Shown here piece by piece: positions 27,970-41,081 of a stretch of 64,000 nt of DNA. The stretch lies in NCBI RefSeq assembly GCF_009914755.1, contig NC_060936.1; one strand, written 5' to 3'. Source of the DNA: the human T2T-CHM13v2.0 reference genome, Homo sapiens. The position numbers and the translations under genes are program-made. How positions within the stretch are numbered: the first letter of the stretch is position 1; the number at the start of each line of letters is the position of its first letter. The notes below the pieces were generated by a model. That model saw only the letters and a program-made list of their open reading frames with translations, did not search any database and was not told where the DNA came from.

Positions 27970-29660
27970 ATTTTTTCCAATATTTATTATGAAAAATCTC
28001 AAACGTACAGAAAAGTTTAAGGAATTGTCTAGCAAACACTGATAACCCACCACTTTGATTCTACCATTAACATTTTACTACATGTGGTTTATCACACATT
28101 GTGACATGATGAGGATGTATATTTGGTCTCTGCCCCCACAAGCTCCTAAACTGCTTGTCATTTCCTGGTTGACAGAAGGATTTCTTGTTCTAATGAGGGA
28201 ACTCTTGTTGGGCTCCTGATAGCTTCATAGTTGGGGCTGGTTACCAGAAAGACCAAGCCATAATTAGAGTCTTGGAACTTTCAGCCCCACCCTTTATTTT
28301 CTGGGAAAGGGAGAGGGGCTAGAGGTTGAGTTAATAATTGATCAAGCCTGTATGAAGAAACCCCTATAAAATCTCCTAAACTATAGAGTTCAGGAGCCTC
28401 CAGGTTGGGGATGCATCCATGTACCTGGCATGGGGCACACCCCCACTCCATCAGGACAGAAGCTTCTGTGCTGGGGACTCTTCTAGATCTCACCTGATAT
28501 GGACCTCTTCACCTGGCTGTTCATTTGTAACTTTTATAGTATCCTTTTCAACGAGCCTGTAAACATTATTAAATTTTTCCCTGAGTTTTTTTGGCTATTA
28601 TAGCAAATTCTCAAACATGAGAAGAAGGTGGTAGGAAGCCCAATTTGTAGCCAAGCCAGATAGAAGTGAGTACCCTGGGCACTAAATACTTGTGACTGGT
28701 GTCTGAAGAGGGAGCAAGTCTTGTGGGACTTAGCCTTTAAACTGTGGGGTCTGCACTAACTTTGGATAGTTAGTGTGAGAATTGAATGAATTGTAGGATA
28801 CCCAACTGGAGTCCACAGAAAATTGGAGAATTGGTTGGTGTGGAAAGCTTACATCTTTGGTGGGAACTGAGTGTAAAGAAACAGTTTCCTATACACATTA
28901 GACCATCTTTTCATCATTCTACCTAACCATCAAACCATCATATTTTATTGAAGCATTTCCAAATAAATTTTAAACATCAATGCATTTTCTCCCTAAACAC
29001 TTCAGCACATATTCACTGGAATTCAATATGTTTATAGTTCTTTTTTTTCCCTTGGAGATGAAATTTACATAAGACAAAGTTAACAAGTCTTAAGTATATC
29101 ATTTAGAATCTTGACACAACTCTGTAACCCAACTACTTGTCAAGATATAAAACATTGTCATCACTGGAGAAAATTTGTTCTTTCCTCTTCCCAGTCAACA
29201 CCTACATCATTCCCCAGAGGCAACTACTTTTCAGATTTTCTTTTTCCAACATACATACATTTTACATCTCTACAACTTTGTATAAATAAAATAATAGAGT
29301 AGTGTCTTTTATTAATGCTAGTTTCACTGAGCATAATGCTTTTTGATTCATCCATGTTGTTTGCGTTTCTTTTTATGGCTGAGTAGAATTCTTTCAGATG
29401 AATACAAATATACAATGATTATTCATACTCTTAATTATGGATATCTGTGATATTTTCAATGTGGAATGTTTAGAATACTTTTGCTACAAATATTCTTGCA
29501 TATTTCTTTTTGTGTACTTTTTTTTGTTCATTTCTTTTATGTAAATTCCTTGGATAGAACTCTTGTGCCATACCATAGTTGTTGTATATTTAGCTTTAAA
29601 GGAAACTGGTGGAACTTTTAAAAAATGGGTCTATCTTCCAAGTTTGTGCTCTCAATGACT
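27970..29660 (-). mobile_element. L1ME-like 3' fragment split by MER21
   Basis: TTTATTATGAAAAATCTCAAACGTACAGAAAAG; TTTCACTGAGCATAATGCTTTTTGATTCATCCATGTTG. Confidence 0.65.
28100..28895. mobile_element. MER21-family LTR inserted in an old L1
   Basis: TGTGA...ATATTTGGTCTCTGCCCC; GGGGCTGGTTACCAGAAAGACCAAGCC; ACTTGTGACTGGTGTCTGAAG; ends ...TACA. Confidence 0.75.
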
Positions 29661-30587
29661 ATGTATAGAGTCGAGAGGGACTTTACAGGAAGAATAGGAT
29701 TTTTTTTTCAAGGAGAAAATTTAGAGAAAGATATTTCAGATCAAGGGAATAATACCAAAAAAGTACACACCTGTCAGAGTACATTTCGCCCATGAGAAGA
29801 AATTAGATATGTGTTTGGATATAGTGAGAGATGAGATTGCAAAGGTAATTAAATCGTGTCCTGGAGATTTGCTTGATCACAGTGCTAAAGATTTGGGACT
29901 TATTGCCACAAAAAGTGGGCAATCATAGCAGTTTTGGGGAGAAGGAGTAACCATTTATTCATTCATTCTTAATAGAAAACATTTCCAAACTGCTAAGCAT
30001 ACATAAGCACTATAGTGGTCTCTCTAATAGTTTAAGAGGAGATGCAAGGGGTCTGAGACGGTATAATCTCAGGAAAGGAAAGAACATCTCTTGAGAATCA
30101 CTGAAAAGGTGAAATCTAAGAGATCTTGTGGTTAATTAGATTTAGTTTTCTGAAAGAAAATAAGGGTCTGTTGTTAGCCCGAATGTGAAGAGTTGGGAAG
30201 CTAACATTGCCTTAACCAGAACAGGAAACCTAAAAGATAGTCAAGTTAAAACCAGAAAGCTGGAAGCAGAAAGTGTTTTTGAAGACACACGTCTTATGAA
30301 ACACAGCAGTTCTGCTAGGATACCAAGTACCTCGTAAAAGAGCTTCTAATTGTGAGAGTTTGTGTTCCAGGTTTTACATAAGAAAATAAAACTTATTTAA
30401 ACTGTTCTGCAATAAACACAGGGCTATTTTAATTCTAAGTTGATATGCCATAGTCCAGTTACAGTTATAAGGATCTGTCAGATAATTTCTTAGAATAGTT
30501 TTGTTTGTTGTAGGAAAGAAATACAGCCAAGAAGATCATATTTCCTTTGAAAATAACAATATTCAATGATTTAAAATTGGATTTCAA

Positions 30588-30912
30588 GCCAAGTGCAGTG
30601 GCTCACCCCTGTAGTCCCAGCACTTTGGGAGGCCAAGATAGGCAGATCTCATGAGCCCAGGAGTTTGAGACCAGTCTGAGAAATGTGGCAAAACACCAAC
30701 TCTACTAAATATAAAAATTAGCCAGTCCTGGTGATGTGTGCCTGTAGTCTCAGCTATTTGGGGGCTTGAGGCAGGAGGATCACGTGAGCCCAGGAGGTGA
30801 AGGCTACAGTGAAGTGAGATCATGCAACTGTACTTCAGCCTGGGCAACAGAGCAAGATTCTCTTTCTAAATAAATAAATAATTTAAAATATATATATATA
30901 TATATATATATA
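30588..30912 (+). mobile_element. AluJ-like element followed by (TA)n
   Basis: GCCAAGTGCAGTGGCTCAC...GAGCCCAGGAGTTTGAGACC. Confidence 0.88.
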
Positions 30913-31336
30913 ATAGATTTCAGAGCTTTTAAAATGTATTAATGTGCATTTTAAAAGGATTCTGAATCACTTTTCCAAAGTGCGTGCTAGAATCCAACCT
31001 CAGTATATCATGTTAGAAAGGTCTAATCTATCTTTCTAGAGCTTGATCTGTTTCGTATGCCCATAGTGCTTGGACTGAATTCTTTTCCAACCTCAAAAGT
31101 GGATCCACATGTCTCAAATATTGCTCATGGCAAGGATTTCCTGCTTGAAAACCTACTTGGCCAAAATATTACCTCTGAAAAGAGTTTTGGTTTTTTTGTG
31201 TGTATACTACATGCCAGATAAGCCCTTGGATGTTGACTTTATTCTGATTAAGGAAAGGTCCTTAGAGGTCTCAATCAAGTATCAAGAAAAACATTAAAGT
31301 TCATGGAGCTACCATCTTTTCATCTTTTTCTATATA

Positions 31337-31937
31337 CAATTACATACCACATAACAACATTTCAGTCAAGGATGGATTAAATATATGATGGTCTTCCCAT
31401 AAGATTATAATGAATCAGAAAATTTCTACCACCTGATGACATTATAGCCATCATAGGGTCATAATGTGATGCATTATTCATGTTTTCAGTGATGCTGGCT
31501 TAAACAAATCTGTGCTGCCAATTGTATAAAAGTGTGCTGTAAGGTCATAGGCCTTCATATTCATTTACCACTCACTCACTAATGCATCCCAGAGCAACTT
31601 CCCATACTGCAAACTCCATTCATGGTAACTGTCCTATAAAAGCATATATTTTCTTTAAAAAATCATTTATACTCTATTTTTACAGCACCTTTCCTATGTT
31701 TAGATATGTTCAGGTATACAAACTTACCATTATGTACAATTACCTGGAATATTCAGTACAGTAACATGCTGTACAGTTTTGTAGCCTAGGAGCAATAGGC
31801 TATACCACAGAGATTATATGTGTAGTATGGTACATCTAGGTTGGTGTAAGTACACTCTTTGAGGTTCACAGAATGACAAAATCACCTAATGATAAGTTTT
31901 TCGTAATGTATCCCCATTGTTAAGCAACACATGATTA
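31337..31937 (+). mobile_element. Tigger3-family (MER7 / Tigger3c-sized) non-autonomous DNA transposon
   Basis: Ends CAATTACATACCACATAAC...GTTAAGCAACACATGATTA, flanked by TA; internal CCCATAAGATTATAATG. Confidence 0.85.
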
Positions 31938-32239
31938 TATAGTATATTAGCGAATTCTATCAGCTATTTCATAAAACATTTCTCATATTGATCCATTTCA
32001 AATTATTCTTTCTGTTTCTACCATTGTCTCAACAAACATTTTACTTATGAAACAGCTCTCATCGCTGAGCTGTAATCTCTGTGAGCTATCATTTCTAACT
32101 TTGAACATCCCAAACACAGCTAGACATTTTATTTGAACATTTGGCTGCTCTCTTCAGTATGTTAGTCTTGCTAACCTTGAATCTACACAGTCTTGACAGG
32201 CAGACAACACTGCTGAAGACCACAGACTCAGAAGCCTCT

Positions 32240-32415
32240 TTTATTGGGATCGAAGCTCAACTCTGCCATGTGCTATCTGTATAGCTTTGGAAGCTCACTT
32301 AACATTTTTGTGTTTCAGCTTTCTTCTCTGTAAAATGGAGATAATAGCACCTACCTTACAAGATAGCTGTAAGTGTTAAAAGTTATGTAAAGCATTTATA
32401 AAAGTGGCTAACATC
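32240..32415 (+). mobile_element. MIR (adjacent to, probably host of, HSMAR2)
   Basis: TCAGCTTTCTTCTCTGTAAAATGGAGATAATAGCACCTACCT core. Confidence 0.7.
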
Positions 32416-32417
32416 TA

Positions 32418-33492
32418 AAGAGGTTCTTAAAAAGTTCATGGAAAATGTGCATTATGAAAAATCTATGCATGAATTTCAATTTTTTTGCACCAAAATAAAC
32501 ATTGCAGACAATGTCCTAAAGAAATCAGCACTTTACAAATGGAAAACTCATTTTATGAAAAGACAAGAAGATGTTGAAAATGAATTCTATGGTGGCAGAC
32601 CATCAACAATAATTTTGAAGGAAAATAAATTGTTCGCTTTTTCATGCCCTAATTGAAGAAGATTGAGGATTAACAGCAGAAACAATAGCCAGCGCTGCAG
32701 ACATCTCCATTGGTTTAGCTTACACAACTCTGACTCGAAAATTTAAGTTCAACAAGTTTTCCACTTGATGAGTGCCAAAACGATTATACCCACATCAGCT
32801 GCAAATAAGAGCACAGTTTTCCATGAAAATTTTAAACAAATGAAACCAAAATCCTGAAGCATTTCTTCAAAGCATTGTAGCAGCAGATAAAACATGGCTT
32901 TACCAGTAGGATCCTGAAGACAAAGCACAGTCAAAGCAATGGCTACCATGCCAGTCAAGAGCAAAAGTCATGACAATAGCTTTTTGGGATGTTCAAGGCA
33001 TTTTGCTTGTTGACTTTCTGATGAGCCAGAGAAAAAATAACATCCGCTTTTTATGAAGGTTTTGAGAAAGTTAATCAAAGTGTTACCAGAAAAACACCTG
33101 AGAAAGCTTCACCAGAGAGTCCTTCTCCACCATGACAATGCTCCTGCTCATTCGTCTCATCAAAGAAGGGCAATTTTGCAAGAGCTTTGATGGAAAAATC
33201 ATTAGGCATCCATCTTTCTGTTTGGATTTGGCTCCTTCTGACTTCTTTTTGTTTCTAATCTTAAAAAAATCTATAAAGGCCACCCATTTTTCTTCAGTTA
33301 ATAATGTGAAAAAAACTACATTGACATTGTTAGATTCCCAGAATTTTCAATTCTTTAGGAATGGACTAAATGGCTGGTATTATTGCTTACAAAAGCGTCT
33401 TGAATGTGATGAAAATTATGCTGAAAAAATTGTTTTTATTTTTATCCTTTAATTTAATTTTCCTCATGAACATAATATATACAAGCTCCCTT
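32418..33492 (+). mobile_element. HSMAR2 mariner DNA transposon, defective
   Basis: Left TIR ...TCTTAAAAAGTTCATGGAAAATG after TA. Transposase motifs *VPK (WVPK), ADKTW (GDETW), HDNAPAH and DLAPSDF. Degenerate right TIR; stops and frameshifts. Confidence 0.93.
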
Positions 33493-34414
33493 GTGTATGT
33501 ATTATGAATTTGTTTCACTTTCCTTGTTCAATGCTAGAATTTCACACCTTGTTGGGGAGACCTAAAGAATCCATAATGGAAGAAAGTGAAGTTTCCACTA
33601 CATAAGAACAAATAAAAATAAATATATAAAGCCAAAGAGACCAAATATAATGTCTAATTCAAAAAAATTAAATGTGAGAAAATATTTACTATGTGCCTTG
33701 CTTTCCTTGCCTTTGTATAAGCTATTGAACTTTCTTTCCTTCTCCAACTGACAAAAAGCTATTTGTTTTTTAAAACGCAATTTATTTTTTACTGGCATAA
33801 CAGAAAAGTGGGGTAAAAGGTAAAGGAAAAGTTATAAAAATTCAAAATATTCAAGGTGAATAGTAAAATAATGGGACATCAATGATAGAAATAAAATTAT
33901 CAGATGGGGAACCATTTTTGAAGAAAGACATTATTGAGATCCAACTGAAAGTTTTCAGGAAACTTAGCAATTATGTAGAAGAAATTCTACATTGTGTTAG
34001 AAAAGAACTCTGTGGCCAGGGAGGTCAAATAATTTGTTTATTGTCACATGGCTAGTTAAAGAAGAATTAGAAGAAAAACACCCTAAATACTTTTTCACGT
34101 ACACTATGCTACCTTCTAACAAGTAACATACTTGAGGTCAAAATTAGACCTCCAGTTAGACAGTCCATGAGAGCACTAGATCAAGTGTCACTAGATATGA
34201 TACTAGATCAAGTGTCAGGCCTGGATATTTAGAGGAACAAAGATTTATATTAAGGGCGAGAGAACATAAGTACAGAGCAGTATGCATGCTTTGATATCTT
34301 AAGAAATAAGTCATGAAAGGAAGAAAGAAAGGAAACTATAAAAAAGGAAAGAAAAATTCTGAGAGGAAGTAAGCACAGAAAGAGAACAACAAAGGTAATA
34401 TGAAAGAACTTTGA

Positions 34415-34848
34415 CACATGTACCCTAAAACTTAAAGTATAATAAAAAAAAAAAAGTCAAAAAAAACCACTATGGAATACTATGCAGCCATAAAAAGGAT
34501 GAGTTCATGTCCTTTGCAGGGACATGGATGAAGCTGGAAGCCATCATTCTCAGCAAACTAACACAGGAGCAGAAAAGCAAACACTGCGTGTTCTCACTCA
34601 TAAGTGGGAGTTGAACAATGAGAACACATGGACACAGGGAGGGTAACGTCAGACACTGGGGGCTGTTAGGGGGTGGGGGGTTTGGGGAGGGATAGCATGA
34701 GGAGAAATACCTAATGTAGGTGATGGGTTGATGGGTGCAGCAAACCACCATGGTACGTGTATACCTATGTAACAAACCTGCACGCTCTGCACATGTATCC
34801 CAAAACTTAAACTATAATAAAAAAAGAAAAAGAAAAGAAAGAAAAAAA
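34415..34848 (+). mobile_element. Composite L1PA insertion: a tiny L1 3' end plus a ~380-bp L1PA 3' end
   Basis: 12-bp TSD AAAGAACTTTGA at 34403-34414 / 34849-34860; two ...AAAACTTAAA(G/C)TATAATAAAA termini. Confidence 0.9.
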
Positions 34849-34873
34849 AAAGAACTTTGAGTAACTTCATCCT

Positions 34874-35182
<309 letters not shown>

Positions 35183-35894
35183 TAACTTCATTCTGATGGT
35201 CATTTGCCTCTATTAGGGTTCTATTTAGTTTCTGTAGTATTAGGAGAAAAAAACAGAGAAAAATAATCAGTAACAGGAAAATATAGTGCCCTAGAAATTT
35301 AAGGAGTAATCAGGCAACAGGAAGTTGCCATAATTTATCTTAAATAATGCATTGTTAGTACAGGAATAATAAGGAAAGAAATCATTGTCATTCTTATTAA
35401 TTTATTCAATAAATATGTTTAGGAAAATCTAATTTGTGCTAGGCACTTGCCTAGATGTAGGTTTTAGAAATCTGAGAAAGAAACATTTGGATGGGAAGTT
35501 GACCTTGAATTTGGGAACAAAATGAAAAACAAATGATAGGGTCAATAATAAAATAATTATTTGATTTTGTTTTCAAGATTAACACATTCTGCTCTGCAGC
35601 AAGCTATGTATTACTAGCACATTCCAGTCTACAAAGTGTACATATAGATTTTTAAAAATCAGCCAAATTAATGCTGTTTTTTAAAAACTTCATCTTTCAA
35701 TATTAAGGATTTATTTCATTGTTTAAATTGATGACCATACAATGTTAATACGCATAATTGAAGTGTCCATGAGATTGAATCTTAGGTAGGTCTTCTTGAT
35801 CTTTGAATTTTTAAATTTGAAAATTATTCCTGATTACTATAAAAATAACTGAATTCAAAGATATGGCCAATTGTGACTTAGAAAAAAATCTATT

Positions 35895-36186
35895 CTTTTT
35901 TTTTTTTTTTTTTGATGGAATCTCACTCTGTTGCCTAGACTGGAATGCAGCGGTGTGATCTCAGCTCACTGCAACCTCTGACTCCTGGATTCAAGCAATT
36001 CTGCCTCAACCTCCCGAGTAGCTGGGATTACAGGTGTGTGCCCCCACGCTTGGCTAATTTTTGTATTTTTAGTAGAGATGGAGTTTCACCATGTTGGCCA
36101 GGCTGGTCTCGAACTCCTGACCTCAGGTAATCCGTCCACCTTGGCCTCCCAAACTGGGACTACAGGCATTAACCACCGTGCCCAGC
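35895..36186 (-). mobile_element. AluS, full length
   Basis: Poly-T followed by a dimeric Alu. Confidence 0.92.
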
Positions 36187-39100
36187 TGAGAAAAATATAT
36201 ACCTATAAGATAAAAAATAAATATAAGAATAAACTTTATTATTTGTTTTGCGATAAAGGTTGAGGCATTTTTGTCTGTATTCTCTTGGATATTACTATAT
36301 TCCAGGACATAAAATTGGGAAAGTAGGTCTATATACACATAATTACAGTCACAGGACAAAAAGAAAATCAGTAATACATATTATACTCTACCCTCAATGG
36401 TCATTACATGGAATATAATCAAGTAATTTGTACTCTGTAAATAACTGGATATATTTAACAGTGCTAAGTTTTTGATTTGAAAAAAAGTTGGCCCAATTTA
36501 AAGAAATAGTTCACATCAACATCAAAAATGGCATTTTTATTTTGTCGTACTTTTTCTTTATAAAGAAATGATTGATGTGAACATATTGCATTTAAAGTGG
36601 TAGTGCAGAACTATGCCAACCTCATTATATTTGAATTACTAAAAATGTATCGTTTTGTAAGAACATTAGCTAAAAAAAAAAGGAAAATGAACCTTCCAAT
36701 AAACAGTTAATACCTTTAAAAGTTACAGTTCTATCAGAAAACTTCTGCTTCATAGAAATAGTTCTTAAAATCAGAGACAGTATAATGGGTATCAAGCTAG
36801 CTAAATAGATTTGATAATGCCTATTATCTTTTTGTAAAAAAAATTCTTTACTCAAAAAATTTTTAAGTTTAAATTTTGTGGTTAAAAATTGATTAGAAAG
36901 ATTACTAATTTACATAAAAACTGGCTTATTATCATACCAGCTGCTGAAAAATTTGTGAAACAAGTTTCAGGTTGGCAAGCAGAACTACAGGCTGTCATAG
37001 ATGTAAAAATATCTGCAAGTATGAAAGATGTTTTATGCAATTAGAGAAGAAGTACAAATCCAAGTTTTGAATTTCTCAGAGTTTCTCTTGTAGACAATTT
37101 TCATTCTCAGTGAAGATAGGAAGTAACAAGAGAAGTTTACCTGGCAAAGGTGGATACCCTGCAACTAAATTGACCTCTTCTCAGGTAAAAATATTATTAT
37201 AGACAGGATCATGTAAGCTTAATGAATCAGCACGCTACAAGATATAGATGTGCGTTGCACATTTTCTTAATAAAATTAAATCAACGGGTAGTTCAGATTT
37301 TATTTTAAAGTCTTTCTATCCTTACTCCTGAGAGAGTTCAGAGTTTTAAAATATGTCCCTGTGGTTTCACCTATTTTCCACTCAATAGTAAAATAGTCAA
37401 AGATTAAAATATCTTTCTCTAAAAAACATTTCTCATTTTTTTTGCATTCGAATTGTTGACAGACCAAAATAAAACAAAAAACAAAAAAATTCACAAGAAT
37501 GTTCTGAAATAGTTTCGTGATTTGCATAATATTATTCATTCTGTGGAATCTACTAGAGGTGATTTTTAGAAGAAAAATTATAAAATTATCCAATGAACTC
37601 AGCTTTTCAAAGAGCAGATGCTTCCAAAGTATTTTTAAACTGAACTCCTTGTGTTACATGAAGTTTTATAAAAACTTATCTCTAATCATTTTATTCAGTG
37701 ACCTAATTATCTTCAGTCTATCATTTATATTTACTAGTTAAAAAAAAAACTAGAAAAACCCTGGTTTCAATTACATTGAAATACAAATATCAATTTAAAG
37801 GTACATGTAAACATAGTCAATATAGACAATGCATGGTTACTACAATAATGCAAACAAGATCCTCTGCTTCTCTATCACCTGGACTTGTTCTCCAATTTAT
37901 TGGATTAGTTACTTTCACTACTGTTATGGGCTTTAGATAAAAATAATTTAAAAATAAAATTAAGCTAAAATAATTAAATTTCTACTTTATATATTCATGT
38001 GTCCATTTTTTTTACTTTAGGACCCTATATATTTTCTCAGATCAAAAATAAAATCCATATTGCCACTTATAGAAGGTAAAAACAGGGTTCATTTCCAATT
38101 TGTTGTCAGATTTGGGAGCTATATTGCTTGTTTTTTTCTTACTACATAACTTAAACTTATAGAGGTTATTGGAAATTTCTGTTCATTTTGTGCTAAGTTT
38201 AACATAAATTTTACAAACTGTAAGGTCAAATGTAATTATATTTGTTGCACTACTTTTTGTATCTTTATGAGAAGAACAGTACCCAAGAATACTGTATTAA
38301 TTGTTCTCAAGAATATCTTATTGGCTTACATTCACATTGCCTTCCAAAAAAGATTTGTATTTAAAATAATTTTTCACTCCTTTCTTTTTTCATCCTTTCT
38401 CTTTCACTGGTAGTGTCTCTTTCTTGATTACATATTTCTGTTAGGAACACAACAACTATTACATTCTCTCACCATAGTAATAATATAATTGATGAAAGGA
38501 TTGAGTGAATTAACCTTTGTAATTATTTTATTAAAATAAACATGAGTATCTGATATTCTGAAACATATCATTAGATGTCACATAATATTTTTCATTACAG
38601 AACACATAATAAACAAAATAGCCAAACATAATCGAAAAATTTTTAAAAGCTTTCTCAAATTATTTAACTTAAGAAACTTTACAGCAGTGGCAAGATGGTG
38701 GAATAGAAACCTGTGTGGTTTGTCCCCAACACTGAAACATCAAATTTTAGCAACTATCTGCACACAGTAAAGTGCCATCACAAGAACCAAAAATCAGGTG
38801 AGCAATCAAGTACCCCATTTTAACACCATATTTCTGAAAAAGGCATCGAGGGGGGCAGGAGAGACAGCCTTGATGTACCAACAACACTCCACTCCCATCC
38901 TCCAGGCAGTGGCTTTCTGGTGTGGAGCGAAAATCCATGCACTTTGGGGAGGGAGAGCACAGCGACTGGGAGACCTTGCACTGAACTCAGTACTGCCCTG
39001 TCACAGGAGAAAGAAAAACCATGCTGAGCCCAGTCAGCCCCTGCACACAGAGGGAGCCTTTAGACCAGACATAGCAAGAGGGGAATTGCCCATCCCAGCA

Positions 39101-40830
39101 GTCAGAACTTGAGTTTCTTGGCAAGGCTTGCCAACACAAGCCAGAGTGCTCTGGGGTCCTAGGAAACATGCAAGGCAATCTAAGACACAAGGACTGCAAT
39201 TTCTAGGCAACTCCTAGTGCTGGGTTGGGCTCAGAGCTAGTGGTCTAGGATGGCATGTGATCTAGGGATACACCAGCCTGGGTGGTTAACCCCCAACCCT
39301 AGGCAGTGCAGCTCGCAGCAACAAAAGTGACTTCTTCCTTCTGCTTAGGAAAAGGAGATCAAAGAGTAAAGAGGACTAAATCTTGCATCTTGGATACCAG
39401 CTCAGCCACAGTAGGATAGGGCACAAGGTAGAGTTGTGAGGTCTCCATTCTCCATTGCAGACCCTAGCTCTGGATGACATTTCTAGACACATCCTGGGCC
39501 AAAAGGGAGTCTGCTGCCTTGAAGAAAAGGACCCATTCCTGGCAGGATTTATCACCTGCTGACTAAAGAGCCCTTGTGCCCTGAATAGCCAGTAGTGGAT
39601 ACTCAGGTAGTAACTTGTGGGTCTTGGGCTCTGAGATCTACTGGTTTCAGGTGTAACCCAGCATACTCCTAGCTGTGGAGGCTGTGATGAAAGACTCCTT
39701 CTGTTTAAGAAAAGGAAAGTTAAAGGGACTTTGTTTTGTATTTTAGGTACCAGCTCAGCCACAATGGGCCAGAGCAACAAGCAGGGTGTTGGAGTTCCTG
39801 AGCCCAGGCCTAGGCTCTTGGACATCATTTCTGGACCAGCTCTGGGCCAAAAGGGAGCCCACTGACCTGAAGGGTGAGTCCCAGTCCTGTCGGTACACAA
39901 CACAAGCTGACTGAAGAGCTCTTGGCCTTTAAGTGAATACCAGTGGTTGCCTGGAAGAACATCCATGGACTGGTGGTGGTGGTTGCCACAGGAGAGGCTT
40001 CTCTGCTTGTGTAAAGGGGAGGGAATAGCAAGAAGGTCTTTGTATTATGGTTTGAGTCTTAGCTTATCCACAATACAATAGAAATCAGGGAAACTGCTAA
40101 AGTTTTTAACTCCAATTCCTGGCTCCCAGCCAGCATCTCTAAACAAGCCCAGAGACTGGGATAACTTACTGTCCTGGGCAAGACTCAGTGGTGTGCTGGC
40201 TTCAGGTCTGACCCAGCACAGTCCCAGTGATGGTGGCCACAGGGCTGGTTGCGTCACATACTCCCAGTTCCAAGTGGCTTATTACAGAGCGAAGGAGACT
40301 GTTTGTCCGGGAGAAAGTAAGGGAATAGAACAAGAATCTCTATTTGGTTATGTAGAGAATTCTTCCAGATCTTATCTAAGACAACCAAGGTGGCCCATCT
40401 ATGAGTCTGCAACAACCACAGCGTTATTAGGCTTGGGACCTATGCCCCTTCAAATACAAGGAAAGCCTTCCCAAGAAGGACAGACACAAACAAGCCTGGA
40501 TTGTAAAGATTACAATAAATACCTAACTCTTCAACACCCAGAGAATGACGAACATCTACAAGCATCAGTATCACCCAGGAAAACGTGAAATCACCAAATG
40601 AAATAAATAAGCCACCAGGAATGAATCCCGGAGGAACAGAGATATACGATCTTTCAGACAGATAATTCAAAAGAGCTGTTTTGAGAAAATTCAAAGAAAT
40701 TCAGGATAACACAGAGAAATAATTCAGAATTCTATCAGATAAATTTAATGAAAAGATTCAATAATCAAAATCAAGCAGAAATTCTAGAACTGAAACATAC
40801 AAGTCACATGCTGAAGAATACATCAGTATC

Positions 40831-41081
40831 TTTTTTTTTTTTTTTTTAATGCAGTGCTTTATTATTCTCAACACCAATGGCAGTGGCCTCCATAGGACAG
40901 GGGAATGAGTTCCGTCGACGGAGGGGTGGCCCCTTCTTGCTGGCGATGAGCGAGTTCCTCAGAACCACGATGTCTCTGTCCTCACGCAGGAACGTCTTGG
41001 AGATGTAGTGGTCTTTCTTGATTGGCGTGGACTTCTTCTTGCCATTGCCACTCTTGGGTACCTCAGTCCACATCTCCTTCA
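40831..41081 (-). pseudogene. 5'-truncated processed pseudogene of SNRPD2 (Sm D2)
   Basis: Translates [48 protein letters not shown] against the Sm D2 C-terminus [48 protein letters not shown]. Followed by 3' UTR, AATAAA (40863-40858) and an A17 tail (T run 40831-40847). TSD AGTATCTT at 40825-40832 / 41082-41089. Confidence 0.95.

Noticed and set aside
32438-33452. Functional or domesticated mariner transposase
   Set aside because: Start region deleted, in-frame stops, frameshifts and an altered catalytic motif context.
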